61,982 bases of DNA from Candidatus Aenigmatarchaeota archaeon (GTDB lineage: Archaea > Aenigmatarchaeota > Aenigmatarchaeia > GW2011-AR5). The notes under the pieces were generated by a model. It did not search any database. It was not told where the DNA came from and worked only from the letters and a program-made list of their open reading frames with translations. The stretch covers positions 1 to 61,982 of the forward strand of contig JACPRW010000002.1 of the NCBI GenBank assembly GCA_016193585.1, read 5' to 3'. Shown piece after piece: positions 48,336 to 57,175 of the stretch (within the stretch, counting starts at the first letter, position 1; every line of letters starts with the position of its first letter). Both the position numbers and the translations under genes were made by a program.

Positions 48336-48745
48336 TATCTAAAGTGTCTTATTTGGAATAGATCGAACCAAATACACATTGACGCGTCTTGAACAGCCAC
48401 AATTCTTCACCCCACACCGAAATCCATATGAACTTCACCGGCGAATACATGAAGTACGTACGCTCCGCACGCCGGACGCCGCAGATATAACTTCTGTGCC
48501 GCCGCACGAGGCTCTGTTCAGATGCCCGTCGACGCTTTGTGAGCTTTTTATCCGTTCCGGGAACGAAAGTAGTATGGAGTATGTTTCGCGCCGCCTGCAG
48601 GCGCTTGTGCCGAACGCGGGCGCATATCAGGGGAGCGATGCTGTTCACTATGCTCCGGGTGGCATCGTCTATGGCAGCGCTGGCGGCCCGGCAAAGCCGT
48701 ACCCGGGAAAGGAGTCCGGCGAGTCCAGGAAATGCTGCTGACGTG

Positions 48746-48868
48746 ATGCACATGGACGAGCTGCTCTGCAACACCTGCGGGAAGCCGATGAAGACGCGCG
48801 TCATGAAGGCGTTCGGCAGCGAGATGGAAGTGCCGTACTGCCCGCGCTGCAGCGAGAGCAAGGATTGA
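48746..48868 (+). CDS. Possible zinc-ribbon mini-protein (40 aa)
   Basis: CNTCGKP...CPRCSE, a C-x2-C/C-x2-C pair. Confidence 0.25.
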   Translation: MHMDELLCNTCGKPMKTRVMKAFGSEMEVPYCPRCSESKD

Positions 48869-48924
48869 ACCAAGTGCATGCAGCAGGGCAAAAGCTTTAT
48901 GTTGTGCCATTATGAATACATAGC

Positions 48925-49308
48925 ATGAAACCCGGAAAGCCCGGAAGAGAAAGCATATGGCACTCAATTGCTCTGGCTCTTATTCTTGTACTGCTCGTTC
49001 TGGTCGGTGTATTCCTCATCAATCAAAATACCATGCCGGCTGCAGGTGGTCCGGACATTTCATGCGCTGCCGACGAAGACTGCAGGCTCGAAGTGCCGGA
49101 AGCCCTTCTGCAGTGCCTGCCGTGTGACCCCTACAATTGTGCATTCATCGATGCCGGCAGCGCTGCTGTCATCGCCGTGAATACTGCATGGGGACCTTCG
49201 TGCCCACCGCGTGAACCCCAAATGTGCATCCAGTGCATAGGCGGCATCGAGATGAACGGCTACACGGCGAAATGCGTGAATGGCCAGTGCGTCAAGCTGA
49301 AGGGATAG
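48925..49308 (+). CDS. Membrane-anchored Cys-rich small secreted protein
   Basis: N-terminal TM (IALALILVLLVLVGVFLI) and a 10-Cys ectodomain. Confidence 0.5.
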   Translation: MKPGKPGRESIWHSIALALILVLLVLVGVFLINQNTMPAAGGPDISCAADEDCRLEVPEALLQCLPCDPYNCAFIDAGSAAVIAVNTAWGPSCPPREPQMCIQCIGGIEMNGYTAKCVNGQCVKLKG

Positions 49309-49355
49309 ATAGCAGTGGTCTTAAGATTAAGAGCGTTTCCTCTGTAAAGTTCAGC

Positions 49356-49925
49356 ATGAGCAACGACACTACATGCCTGATAGTTTTTCTCAACGGCACC
49401 AGCAGCTCTGGCAAAACGACCATAGCCGGGGAGCTTGCAGAAAGGCTGCCTGATTTTGAGTACTTGGCGATAGATGCGTACTGGCAGCGTGACGAACGGC
49501 TGGCTGGACAGCTGCAACAGAACAACACAGAAGGCATTCTCTCAGCAGCCACTGACGTGGTCTATGCGTTTCACCGCTCGATTGCATCGCGTACCGCAGC
49601 AGGGCGGAGTACCATCGTCGACCATGTCCTTGATAATCCTGCGTTTGCTGAAGGCTGCGGAACGACGCTGGAGCCGTACAAAGTTTTGCTCGTCGGCGTC
49701 TATTGCCCGCTCGATGTAGCAGAGTCACGGGAAAGAGAACGCGGCGACCGGATCCCCGGTACAGCGCGCTACCTGTTTCCGCTTGTCCATGAAAGCAAAA
49801 CATACGATGTTACCGTTGACACGTCAGTCCTGTCGCCATCGCAGTGCGCAGGCCAGATAGCGTATGCAGTCGATAGAAAACTCTATGCAGATAGAACTAG
49901 CGCTGAAAAATTTGGCGTTCGGTAA
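49356..49925 (+). CDS. Chloramphenicol-phosphotransferase-like P-loop kinase (CPT family)
   Basis: LIVFLNGTSSSGKTTIAGELA P-loop typical of the CPT family. Confidence 0.65.
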   Translation: MSNDTTCLIVFLNGTSSSGKTTIAGELAERLPDFEYLAIDAYWQRDERLAGQLQQNNTEGILSAATDVVYAFHRSIASRTAAGRSTIVDHVLDNPAFAEGCGTTLEPYKVLLVGVYCPLDVAESRERERGDRIPGTARYLFPLVHESKTYDVTVDTSVLSPSQCAGQIAYAVDRKLYADRTSAEKFGVR

Positions 49926-49952
49926 TGTGCTTTTTTCTTTCTCAATAGCACA

Positions 49953-50495
49953 TTACGCCAGCACAGCAACAATAAACTGCCCTGCTGCGCCAAAAAGGAG
50001 CCAGTTGAACAGCACGTTCGTTAGTGCATAGGGCAGGAACCTGCTGAGGTTCTGCCTCCCGACCAGCAGGGTGAACATAATGTTAATGACATTCAACGCG
50101 AGCGTGACGGTGGTGCCGGCAGCCGCAATGCCGCCGCCGAGCGAGGGTGCGAGAAATCCTGCGATCACGTAGCCGGGAATGACCCACAGCACGTATTCGC
50201 CGATGAACTGCCCTGCGAGCACGTGAAATAGTATAAGCACCAGTCCCACCATTGCACCGGCGACAGGCCCGTGCGTGACGCCGGTAATGACCGTTGCGAA
50301 CGTGACGAGCTCGATGCCGACGCTCCGCACGCGGAGGAAGCTGATGACAGCGGAAACCGCGAAGCTGAGCAGCATGAGCACGCCGACAGCGACGAGGTTG
50401 CTGAGCGCAAGCACGACGAAGAGCAGCGCGCCGGCAAGTGCTACCAGCTTGAGCGAACTGCGCCCGGTGATGAACCGGTACAGGAAGCCTGCCAT
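49953..50495 (-). CDS. Multi-TM membrane protein
   Basis: 180 aa with 5-6 hydrophobic segments. Confidence 0.5.
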   Translation of the reverse strand: MAGFLYRFITGRSSLKLVALAGALLFVVLALSNLVAVGVLMLLSFAVSAVISFLRVRSVGIELVTFATVITGVTHGPVAGAMVGLVLILFHVLAGQFIGEYVLWVIPGYVIAGFLAPSLGGGIAAAGTTVTLALNVINIMFTLLVGRQNLSRFLPYALTNVLFNWLLFGAAGQFIVAVLA

Positions 50496-50529
50496 ACCCG
50501 TAGTTTGGAAGAAAAGCTTAAGAGCCCTG

Positions 50530-51129
50530 TCATTGCCCTTCTGTTTTCAATGCGCGACCGAACCCCTTAAGCGCGGTTCGCGCAGACTGTCTGCGGGCGG
50601 TTATCACCAGCTCGTTGCCGTCACGCACAATGCTCACCGATGCCGGTTGCAGCTGCGCTGCATACGGTCTGAACGCTTCGGTGAAGTCGTCGACAATGTC
50701 CGGCGTTTCATCTTCGAGAACCGGTATCCGCAGCTCATGTCCGTTGAGGCGCGGCGTTCCGAGGCGGTAGCCAGTGTCAACAACACGTTTTCCAAATAAC
50801 ATACCATATCCACCCGTACCGGGGCACAGCGTAGCAATGACCACCGGAAGCTCGATGCCGACGCTTCTGAAGACATCGCACGTGACTTCGTGCAGCCCCT
50901 CGCCGTACGCTCTCATCTGCAGTGGTGTGCCGCTGCGTGCTGCGTCGGTGAATGCCCTGTACGCATCTCCGACGGTGAGCGGACAGTGCTGGCCGTTCAA
51001 ATATCGGCAAATGACATTCCGCGCCCTGGTACCATGCGGGTGTGCTTCCCACGGAAGCTCTTGAAGATGGGTTCGTGACAGCTCATCGGTCGGCATATCG
51101 TGGACATACGCGTGCGGCATACCCGTCAT
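50530..51129 (-). CDS. Hypothetical protein
   Basis: 199-aa ORF with host codon usage. Confidence 0.45.
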   Translation of the reverse strand: MTGMPHAYVHDMPTDELSRTHLQELPWEAHPHGTRARNVICRYLNGQHCPLTVGDAYRAFTDAARSGTPLQMRAYGEGLHEVTCDVFRSVGIELPVVIATLCPGTGGYGMLFGKRVVDTGYRLGTPRLNGHELRIPVLEDETPDIVDDFTEAFRPYAAQLQPASVSIVRDGNELVITARRQSARTALKGFGRALKTEGQ

Positions 51130-51289
51130 TTACTATGCAACATATTAAAGATAGGAGGAGTATGAAGAGCTAAAACAATGTACGCATGCAGGGATGTGCG
51201 GTCGTGTCGCTCCCGCATGCGCTCCGTAGTACGCAAAAAGTACGATACCTTTATATAGAGCGCCAGGCAAGAGTAGATTGGGTGCAGCG

Positions 51290-52720
51290 ATGCATACACG
51301 AGCGGTACTTTTTGTCGTATTTGTGGCACTGTCTTCTCCTGTGTTCGCTTTTGACATGAACATTTCCTCCGAATCGGTCATCGTCCCGCTCGGCACCACG
51401 AAAGACGTCATGGTAACCGTCACCAGTTCTGTCGAGGACCGCTTCGTCCTCACGGTGCTCGGCGAGAAGCCATGGATGGTGCTTTCCAGCCAGCAGGTTA
51501 TGACGGAAGCCGGCGTTCCGGCAGCAGCGCGCGTGTATTTCACGCCGCGCGACCCCACCATGTTCGGCCTGTACAAGGTGCGACTCGTCGCGTTCTCGCT
51601 CACGACCGGGGAGAAGCAGGAAAAGGATGTCTATATCTCTGTTGTCCGCGGCGACGGCGTCTTTGCCGAGAAGGTCGTGCTCACCGGCGACTGGTACCCG
51701 ACCGGTACGCTGGACGCAGCAGTGCACGTGAAGAACTACGGCACGTCGCAGCTGCAGAACCTCAAGGTCGTGTACAAGGTCTACTCGCCATCCGGAACAC
51801 TGTACGCTTCCGAGCAGTCGCTCGAAAAGCTCGGACCCGAAGAGGCAGCTGTGGTGCGGATGGTATATTATATCCCTGAAAACACCGCGGCAGGCGACTA
51901 TACGGTCGACGCGACGCTCATGTACCAGAACCGGGAGTCGAAAGTGACCAGCACGTTCATGGTTGACGAAAAAGGCGTCGTCGTTGTTGCAGGGGAGGAT
52001 GCGCCCTATCCGCTCGGCTTCGGGAAACGCATCAGCGTGAGGAACAAAGGCAATGTCGTCGCGGAAACGACCGTCAGGGAACCGCTCACCAGATTCGACG
52101 GCTACTTCTTCCAGGGAACGCCGCCCTCGTACATGAGCGATACCATGTTCATATGGGAAGTCAAGAATCTGGTGCCCGGCGAGCAGCGCATCATAGCGTA
52201 CCACGTCGATTATTTGCCGTTCATCATCTTTCTCTTCTCGGTAGCGGCAGCAGGCTGGGTCGTGCTGTATAAATTGAAGACCGTCCGCATACGGAAGTAC
52301 ATCATCCAGAAGAAGCATATCGACGAGGGCGAGGAATTCACCGTCGGCATCGATGTCAAGAACTCGTCGGGGGCGGAAGCCAGGGAAATCGTCGTGAGGG
52401 ATTTCGTGCCTTCCATCTTCGAGGTGAAGGATTACGAGGGCCCGAAACCGCAGAAGAAGAAATCCGAGCACGGCACCGAGCTGACGTGGAAGATCGGCGA
52501 GATGTTCAACCGCGAGGAGCGCGTGCTCACGTACCGCATCGTGCCGGTGTTCGGCATCAACGGCGAGGTCAAGCTGCCGCCGGCGATGGCTCTATTCAGA
52601 ATCGGCACGCGCGATATCGAGAACCACTCCTTCCCGACCATGGTCGGCGTGCATGTCGGCAGGCACCCGACGCTCGAGGAAGCGTTCGAAACGGAGAAGA
52701 AAAGGAAGAGGAAGGGCTAA
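51290..52720 (+). CDS. CARDB/DUF11-domain surface protein with signal peptide and one TM near residue 300
   Basis: Signal MGAAMHTRAVLFVVFVALSSPVFA. Repeated V.V.N.G.. beta-sandwich motifs. TM YLPFIIFLFSVAAAGWVVLY. Confidence 0.6.
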   Translation: MHTRAVLFVVFVALSSPVFAFDMNISSESVIVPLGTTKDVMVTVTSSVEDRFVLTVLGEKPWMVLSSQQVMTEAGVPAAARVYFTPRDPTMFGLYKVRLVAFSLTTGEKQEKDVYISVVRGDGVFAEKVVLTGDWYPTGTLDAAVHVKNYGTSQLQNLKVVYKVYSPSGTLYASEQSLEKLGPEEAAVVRMVYYIPENTAAGDYTVDATLMYQNRESKVTSTFMVDEKGVVVVAGEDAPYPLGFGKRISVRNKGNVVAETTVREPLTRFDGYFFQGTPPSYMSDTMFIWEVKNLVPGEQRIIAYHVDYLPFIIFLFSVAAAGWVVLYKLKTVRIRKYIIQKKHIDEGEEFTVGIDVKNSSGAEAREIVVRDFVPSIFEVKDYEGPKPQKKKSEHGTELTWKIGEMFNREERVLTYRIVPVFGINGEVKLPPAMALFRIGTRDIENHSFPTMVGVHVGRHPTLEEAFETEKKRKRKG

Positions 52721-52861
52721 TTCTTGGAACGTTTCGGCCGCACGTGCACCATGTCGCCGTGCTTGCTGCCGCTACGGGATTTTCGTACCACTCGTTCGAG
52801 GCCATGTAAGAAAATTTCCATACTTCAAAGTAGGAAAAAGTTTAAATATACATTCATACAA

Positions 52862-53131
52862 AAGAGCAGTATGCACATCAAAAGGGCGGTTGGCGAAAAG
52901 GGGCAGGTCGTGGTGCCCAAGGACATACGGGAGCATCTAGGTCTCAGGCCCGGGACGAATGTGATATTCGAGGTCACAGGGAAGGACGTCGTCATCAAGG
53001 CGGAAAAAGACCCGAAAGATTTCGTGGAAGACTTTTGCAACGTCGTCCCGAAGAGCAAGCGGAAGAAGCTGGGCATAAAAAAAATCAAGCAGCTACTCGA
53101 TGAGCAATATGAAGAAGAGCTTATACGTTGA
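52862..53131 (+). CDS. vapB: AbrB/SpoVT-type antitoxin (VapB-like)
   Basis: GEKGQVVVPKDIREHLGLRPGTNV swapped-hairpin motif. Confidence 0.65.
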   Translation, partial: KSSMHIKRAVGEKGQVVVPKDIREHLGLRPGTNVIFEVTGKDVVIKAEKDPKDFVEDFCNVVPKSKRKKLGIKKIKQLLDEQYEEELIR

Positions 53132-53531
53132 CGCGAACGTGTTCATTGTCGCTGGCGTGTACCCCCAGGAAAGCCCCGAATTCAAAGCAGCGAAAAAACT
53201 GCTCTATGCGGTTTCCAGTGGCGAAGCCGAAGCTGCGACATCTCTGCTGACGTGGGATGAGCTTGTCTGGGTCGTCAGGCGAATGGCCGGCAATGAAGCA
53301 GCCGCGGAAGAAGGCAAACGGTTCCTTGAAATCCCGAACATGAAATTCCTTGGAGTGACTGAAAACATCATCCGGAAAGCGCAAAATATTACTGAGCGTT
53401 ACAACCTGAAACCCCGGGACGCTATCCACACGGCAAGCGCCATAGTGAACAATGCCGGCAGCATCGTCAGCGATGACGCTGACTTTGATGCCGTCAGGGG
53501 ACTGAAGCGAATTGCACTGGAGCGCGCGTAG
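53100..53531 (+). CDS. vapC: PIN-domain toxin (VapC-like)
   Basis: LYVDANVFIVAG N-terminus. Conserved D/E/D spacing. IVSDDADF. Confidence 0.65.
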   Translation: MSNMKKSLYVDANVFIVAGVYPQESPEFKAAKKLLYAVSSGEAEAATSLLTWDELVWVVRRMAGNEAAAEEGKRFLEIPNMKFLGVTENIIRKAQNITERYNLKPRDAIHTASAIVNNAGSIVSDDADFDAVRGLKRIALERA

Positions 53532-53534
53532 CAG

Positions 53535-54119
53535 CTATTTCTTCACATTCTGCCACACGCCGATGACGTTGCCCTCGGTGTCCATGACGCGCGCGTAGAG
53601 CCCGATGTCGCCCACCTGCATCTTCGGCATGACGACCTTGCCGCCAGCCTGCTGCACCTTCTTCAGTGCAGCGTCGAGGGAATTGACGTTCACCACGACT
53701 ACCGGCCCTTCCTTCGCCATGCGCTTCATCATGCCGCCGTTGATCGAGCCAGCCTCGACCGGCATGTTCTTTTTGTCCGTTGCAGTGGTGGTAATCAGAT
53801 AATATTCTGGTCCGGGCATCGGCGCCCTGCTTATCTGCCAGCTGAAGACGCTGCTGTAGAACTGCTGTGCACGAGCGACGTTGTCCGCAGGGATTTCGAA
53901 GTGCACGACCTTGTCAGGCTTTGCCGCTGCCGCGCTCATGGCAAGGAACCCGTCCATCTTCTTCGCCATCCGCTTCTTGTCCTCTTCGGTCATCTTACTG
54001 AGGAGCGCCTTGTGCGCCTTCGCTGCGTGGCTGAACATGGCTGTTTTTACCTCGTCTGCTGTAGTGCCGGTCGCTACAAAGTCGCATTTCCAGCCCAGAT
54101 CGCTGCATTGCAACTGCAT
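53535..54119 (-). CDS. DUF1059 metal-binding domain fused to a VOC/glyoxalase-like domain
   Basis: MQLQCSDLGWKCDF...HAAKAH (DUF1059), then a VOC core (VHFEIPADNVARAQQFY ... GNVIGVWQ). Confidence 0.55.
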   Translation of the reverse strand: MQLQCSDLGWKCDFVATGTTADEVKTAMFSHAAKAHKALLSKMTEEDKKRMAKKMDGFLAMSAAAAKPDKVVHFEIPADNVARAQQFYSSVFSWQISRAPMPGPEYYLITTTATDKKNMPVEAGSINGGMMKRMAKEGPVVVVNVNSLDAALKKVQQAGGKVVMPKMQVGDIGLYARVMDTEGNVIGVWQNVKK

Positions 54120-54160
54120 GGAAGTTCACCTCTCGTGTTGCAGAAAATTGAACGCGGAAC

Positions 54161-54277
54161 ATGCCATGCTCCACGGAAACCACGACTGCAGCCGGTGGTA
54201 TAGAGGAGCATATCATGCTGAACATACCGTATAGCAGGTTCGAACGAAAAGTTCCAGTAGTATTCGAACCTACTATA
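54161..54277. repeat. Second copy of the family B MITE core
   Basis: About 95% identical to 37179-37302 except for the terminal hairpin, which differs in sequence but not in structure. Confidence 0.75.
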
Positions 54278-54333
54278 AGTGATTATTCGTGTGCACTTTT
54301 AAATAATGCAGCACACTAGACATATGATTGATT

Positions 54334-54531
54334 CCCGCGATAGTTTGGATTCAGAAGGAATCCGAACTGCCGTGGGGCGAAAACCCGCGATAGTTTGGAT
54401 TCAGAAGGAATCCGAACTGCCGTGGGGCGAAAACCCGCGATAGTTTGGATTCAGAAGGAATCCGAACTGCCGTGGGGCGAAAACCCGCGATAGTTTGAGC
54501 TTGTGCTCGAACTGCCGGGAAGAGGCATTTT
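54334..54531 (+). repeat. Tandem array: three exact 50-bp units plus one degenerate 48-bp unit. Each begins with CCCGCGATAG, the first 10 nt of the downstream tRNA, and carries a ggattcagaaggaatcc hairpin.
   Basis: Unit cccgcgatagtttggattcagaaggaatccgaactgccgtggggcgaaaa at 54334, 54384 and 54434. Degenerate copy at 54484. No spacers. Confidence 0.8.
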
Positions 54532-54651
54532 CCCGCGATAGCTCAACGGTAGAGCACCTGGCTGTAGCCAAGCACCGACGGTGCTACGGAATCCAGCCTG
54601 TGCTTTCAAGCAGTCACCAGGGGGTTCTGAGTTCAAATCTCAGTCGCGGGA
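54532..54651 (+). tRNA. Intron-containing tRNA, probably tRNA-Tyr(GUA), with a roughly 48-nt intron at 37/38
   Basis: Acceptor CCCGCGA/TCGCGGG. D arm GCTCAACGGTAGAGC. Anticodon stem CCTGG/CCAGG with loop CT-GTA-G|intron|A. T arm CTGAG-TTCAAAT-CTCAG. Discriminator A. A 4-bp helix CTGT/GCAG flanks the putative splice bulges. Confidence 0.7.
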
Positions 54652-54712
54652 TGGGGAAGAAGGGTTCAGTTCTCCGACCTGTTATATAAAAGACGGGAAT
54701 GAGGAGGTGCAT

Positions 54713-56008
54713 ATGAACCAACCTGAGAAAATAGATGTCCACGGGTACGAAAGGCAGATAGAAATCCAGAGGAGTCTGCTGGAGAAAGCCCAAATAAAGG
54801 ATGACAACAGGCAGCTGATAAAGGACTTCATCAACTTCTGCGAGGTCGACCCTAAGGTAGGTCTGTCAAGGGTGCGTCTCTACTATTACACCCTCAGGCG
54901 TCTCGCCGAACTCACTGACAAAATTTTCAGGGAAATGGCCGAAGTGGACATAATTAACCTACTTGCCAAGCTTAAGGAGTACAAAACCTGCATCTGCAAG
55001 AAGAAGCAGAAAAACAGGGCTTCCTGCAAAGGCATGAAATGCCAAGGCAAAAGGTATTCTGAACAGTCTCTGCTAGACTTTAGGAAGGCCATAAGCAAAT
55101 TCTGGAGGTGGCTCTATTTTGACCAGTATTGCGGGCAAGCTCCGCCGCAAATAAGACGCATAAAGTGCGGTGCTCTCAGCAACAAGAAAGAACCTGATGT
55201 ATACAGCAAAGAGGAAATTAAGGCTCTCATAGACGGCATGACAACAATCAGGGACAAAGCCTTTTTCAGCTGCCTCTACGACCTGCAGTGCAGGGTATCT
55301 GAGCTTCTGTCACGGCAGATAAAGCATTTACGCTACACCGAAGGCGGAGACATCCAGATACTGATTGAAGCTGAAAAAACACAAATCAGCCATTGGGAAA
55401 CGCTCTTTGAGTCTGTTCCGCAGTTCGTGTCATGGCAGCGTCTTCATCCTATGCCATTCAATCCAAACGCACCCCTATGGACTGTAATGAAAAAATCAGG
55501 AAACATAGTCCCTCTCCACTATCCATTGGTTAGAAAGATATTCCTCAATGCGTGCAAAAGGCAGAATATAAGGCTGGGAAAGAGAAACAGCATACACATG
55601 ATACGCAAGAGCAAGGCTACTCACGACATGGCTGACGGTATACCTATAACCTTCATCGAGAGCAGGGGGAGCTGGACAAAAGGCAGCAGAGCACTCCAGA
55701 ATTGTTATCTTTCAGTTATCCAGAAGGACAAGGACAATGCATACAAAAAGAAGTACGGAATACCAGTAAACAACGGGCACGAAATTCCAATGGAACTCAA
55801 GACATGTACCCGATGCCACGTATACTTGGAAAACGCTGCGAAATTCTGCCATACGTGTGGGTTTCCCACAGACAGGTCTATAATGGCAAAGATGCAGGAA
55901 ATAAGCAAAGCTACAGCAGAACTGGTAGACAAAGACATGCTTTCAGAAATGATAAAGAAAATTGTCATGGCTGAACTGGAGAAGGATAAGGGTGCTAAAA
56001 GTGACTGA
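54713..56008 (+). CDS. Tyrosine recombinase/integrase with a C-terminal zinc ribbon
   Basis: Catalytic-box residues: R in LYDLQCRVSELLS, HMIRKSKATH, RGSW, Y in QNCYL. CTRCH...CHTCG ribbon. SD-like GAGGAGGTG before the ATG at 54713. Confidence 0.7.
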   Translation: MNQPEKIDVHGYERQIEIQRSLLEKAQIKDDNRQLIKDFINFCEVDPKVGLSRVRLYYYTLRRLAELTDKIFREMAEVDIINLLAKLKEYKTCICKKKQKNRASCKGMKCQGKRYSEQSLLDFRKAISKFWRWLYFDQYCGQAPPQIRRIKCGALSNKKEPDVYSKEEIKALIDGMTTIRDKAFFSCLYDLQCRVSELLSRQIKHLRYTEGGDIQILIEAEKTQISHWETLFESVPQFVSWQRLHPMPFNPNAPLWTVMKKSGNIVPLHYPLVRKIFLNACKRQNIRLGKRNSIHMIRKSKATHDMADGIPITFIESRGSWTKGSRALQNCYLSVIQKDKDNAYKKKYGIPVNNGHEIPMELKTCTRCHVYLENAAKFCHTCGFPTDRSIMAKMQEISKATAELVDKDMLSEMIKKIVMAELEKDKGAKSD

Positions 56009-56159
56009 AACCAAAAGAAGGCAAAGCCATCCGGAGCTTTACATACTGCTTTTTCTTGGAGTAAAGCCAAAGGTGCTGGAAAAGCATGGGTATAGCATGG
56101 CTACTATTTACAAGTACAATGGACAGATACCAAGAATTAAAGAAAAAATAAACAAGTTA

Positions 56160-57161
56160 CTATGTAGTAGTTGGTTCTTTTAGAAAATAGAGTTCATATG
56201 AAGTTCCAGTTCTTCTATCTTTGTAATCCCATTTTTCAACAGGGTTTTTTTTGATAAGTAACTTTCTCCAAAAGGTGTGAGCATTCTTTACAGTCGCTTC
56301 ACCGACTAATATTTCATTTTTATTAGCTACACTTTGAATTTTAGCTGCTATGTTTATGGTTTCCCCTATCAAATCCTTGTGCTTTTTTATTTTATCAGCA
56401 CCGACTGTAATTATTGTTGCCTCCCCAGAATCTAAGCCTATTCTAAAATTTAATTCCGGCAAGCCCTTTTCTTTTAGCATCGGATTTATACCATTGTATA
56501 TTAACAATTTCATTGAAGCTGCACAATCTAGTGCATTATCATTTTGTCCAATAAAATTAGGTTCTGGAAAATAAGCTATTATACCGTCACCCAAAAACTT
56601 TAATACGTAGCCATTAAATGCATGGATGAGCATTGCCATTTCCTTTAAAAATAACGAAATAATTTTTACATTTTCAGTACTGCTAAGGGTTTGACTCATT
56701 CGAGTTGAGTTGATTAGGTCTATTGATAGTATAACGAATTTTCTTTCTTCTTGCGGAAGAGTTTCTAAAAATTCCTCTGATACATCACTGAACTCATATT
56801 TGTTATCTTGAGTTCCATCGAGATGGTTTCTGATTTCTTGAATTCGTGACTTTATGTATTCTAGGGTGTCGTTAAATCTTCTTGGACTATAATAAAGTGG
56901 AGTGGGGCCACTTTTTTTAAAGGATTCTTCCATTGCTTTGAGAGGAATGAAAACATGATCAAACTTATCGTAAAAACCTTTCTCTCCATCGATTTCCTTT
57001 ATTTCGTATCTTTCTGGATCAGGTATAAGCTTTACTCTTAAAATTCTTTTTTCTTCGTCTACATTTACTATTTCCTGTATGAAATCCATTCTAATTGGCT
57101 CATCTTTTGTAGGCATAATAAAACCTCTACACATATGAAGATTAAAATTGAATAAAGTCAA
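56160..57161 (-). CDS. Class III nucleotidyl (adenylate/guanylate-type) cyclase with an N-terminal domain of unknown function (about 150 aa)
   Basis: Catalytic blocks ILSIDLINSTRMS (metal Asp), KFLGDGIIAYF (second Asp), RIGLDSGEATI, GETINIAAKIQS. Probable start at MPTKDEP (57116). Confidence 0.65.
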   Translation of the reverse strand: MTLFNFNLHMCRGFIMPTKDEPIRMDFIQEIVNVDEEKRILRVKLIPDPERYEIKEIDGEKGFYDKFDHVFIPLKAMEESFKKSGPTPLYYSPRRFNDTLEYIKSRIQEIRNHLDGTQDNKYEFSDVSEEFLETLPQEERKFVILSIDLINSTRMSQTLSSTENVKIISLFLKEMAMLIHAFNGYVLKFLGDGIIAYFPEPNFIGQNDNALDCAASMKLLIYNGINPMLKEKGLPELNFRIGLDSGEATIITVGADKIKKHKDLIGETINIAAKIQSVANKNEILVGEATVKNAHTFWRKLLIKKNPVEKWDYKDRRTGTSYELYFLKEPTTT

Positions 57162-57175
57162 ATATCTGCATCATT

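Noticed and set aside
48379-48741. 120-aa TTG-start ORF and the overlapping minus-strand ORF 48349-48891
   Set aside because: Mutually exclusive, neither has a recognisable motif, and no ATG start with a plausible N-terminus. Left unannotated apart from the short zinc-ribbon candidate.
51251-52471. 406-aa minus-strand ORF
   Set aside because: Antisense to the CARDB/DUF11 surface-protein gene.
54334-54531. Tandem 50-bp repeats considered as a CRISPR array
   Set aside because: Units are directly contiguous with no spacers. Each unit begins with the tRNA 5' end. No cas genes.
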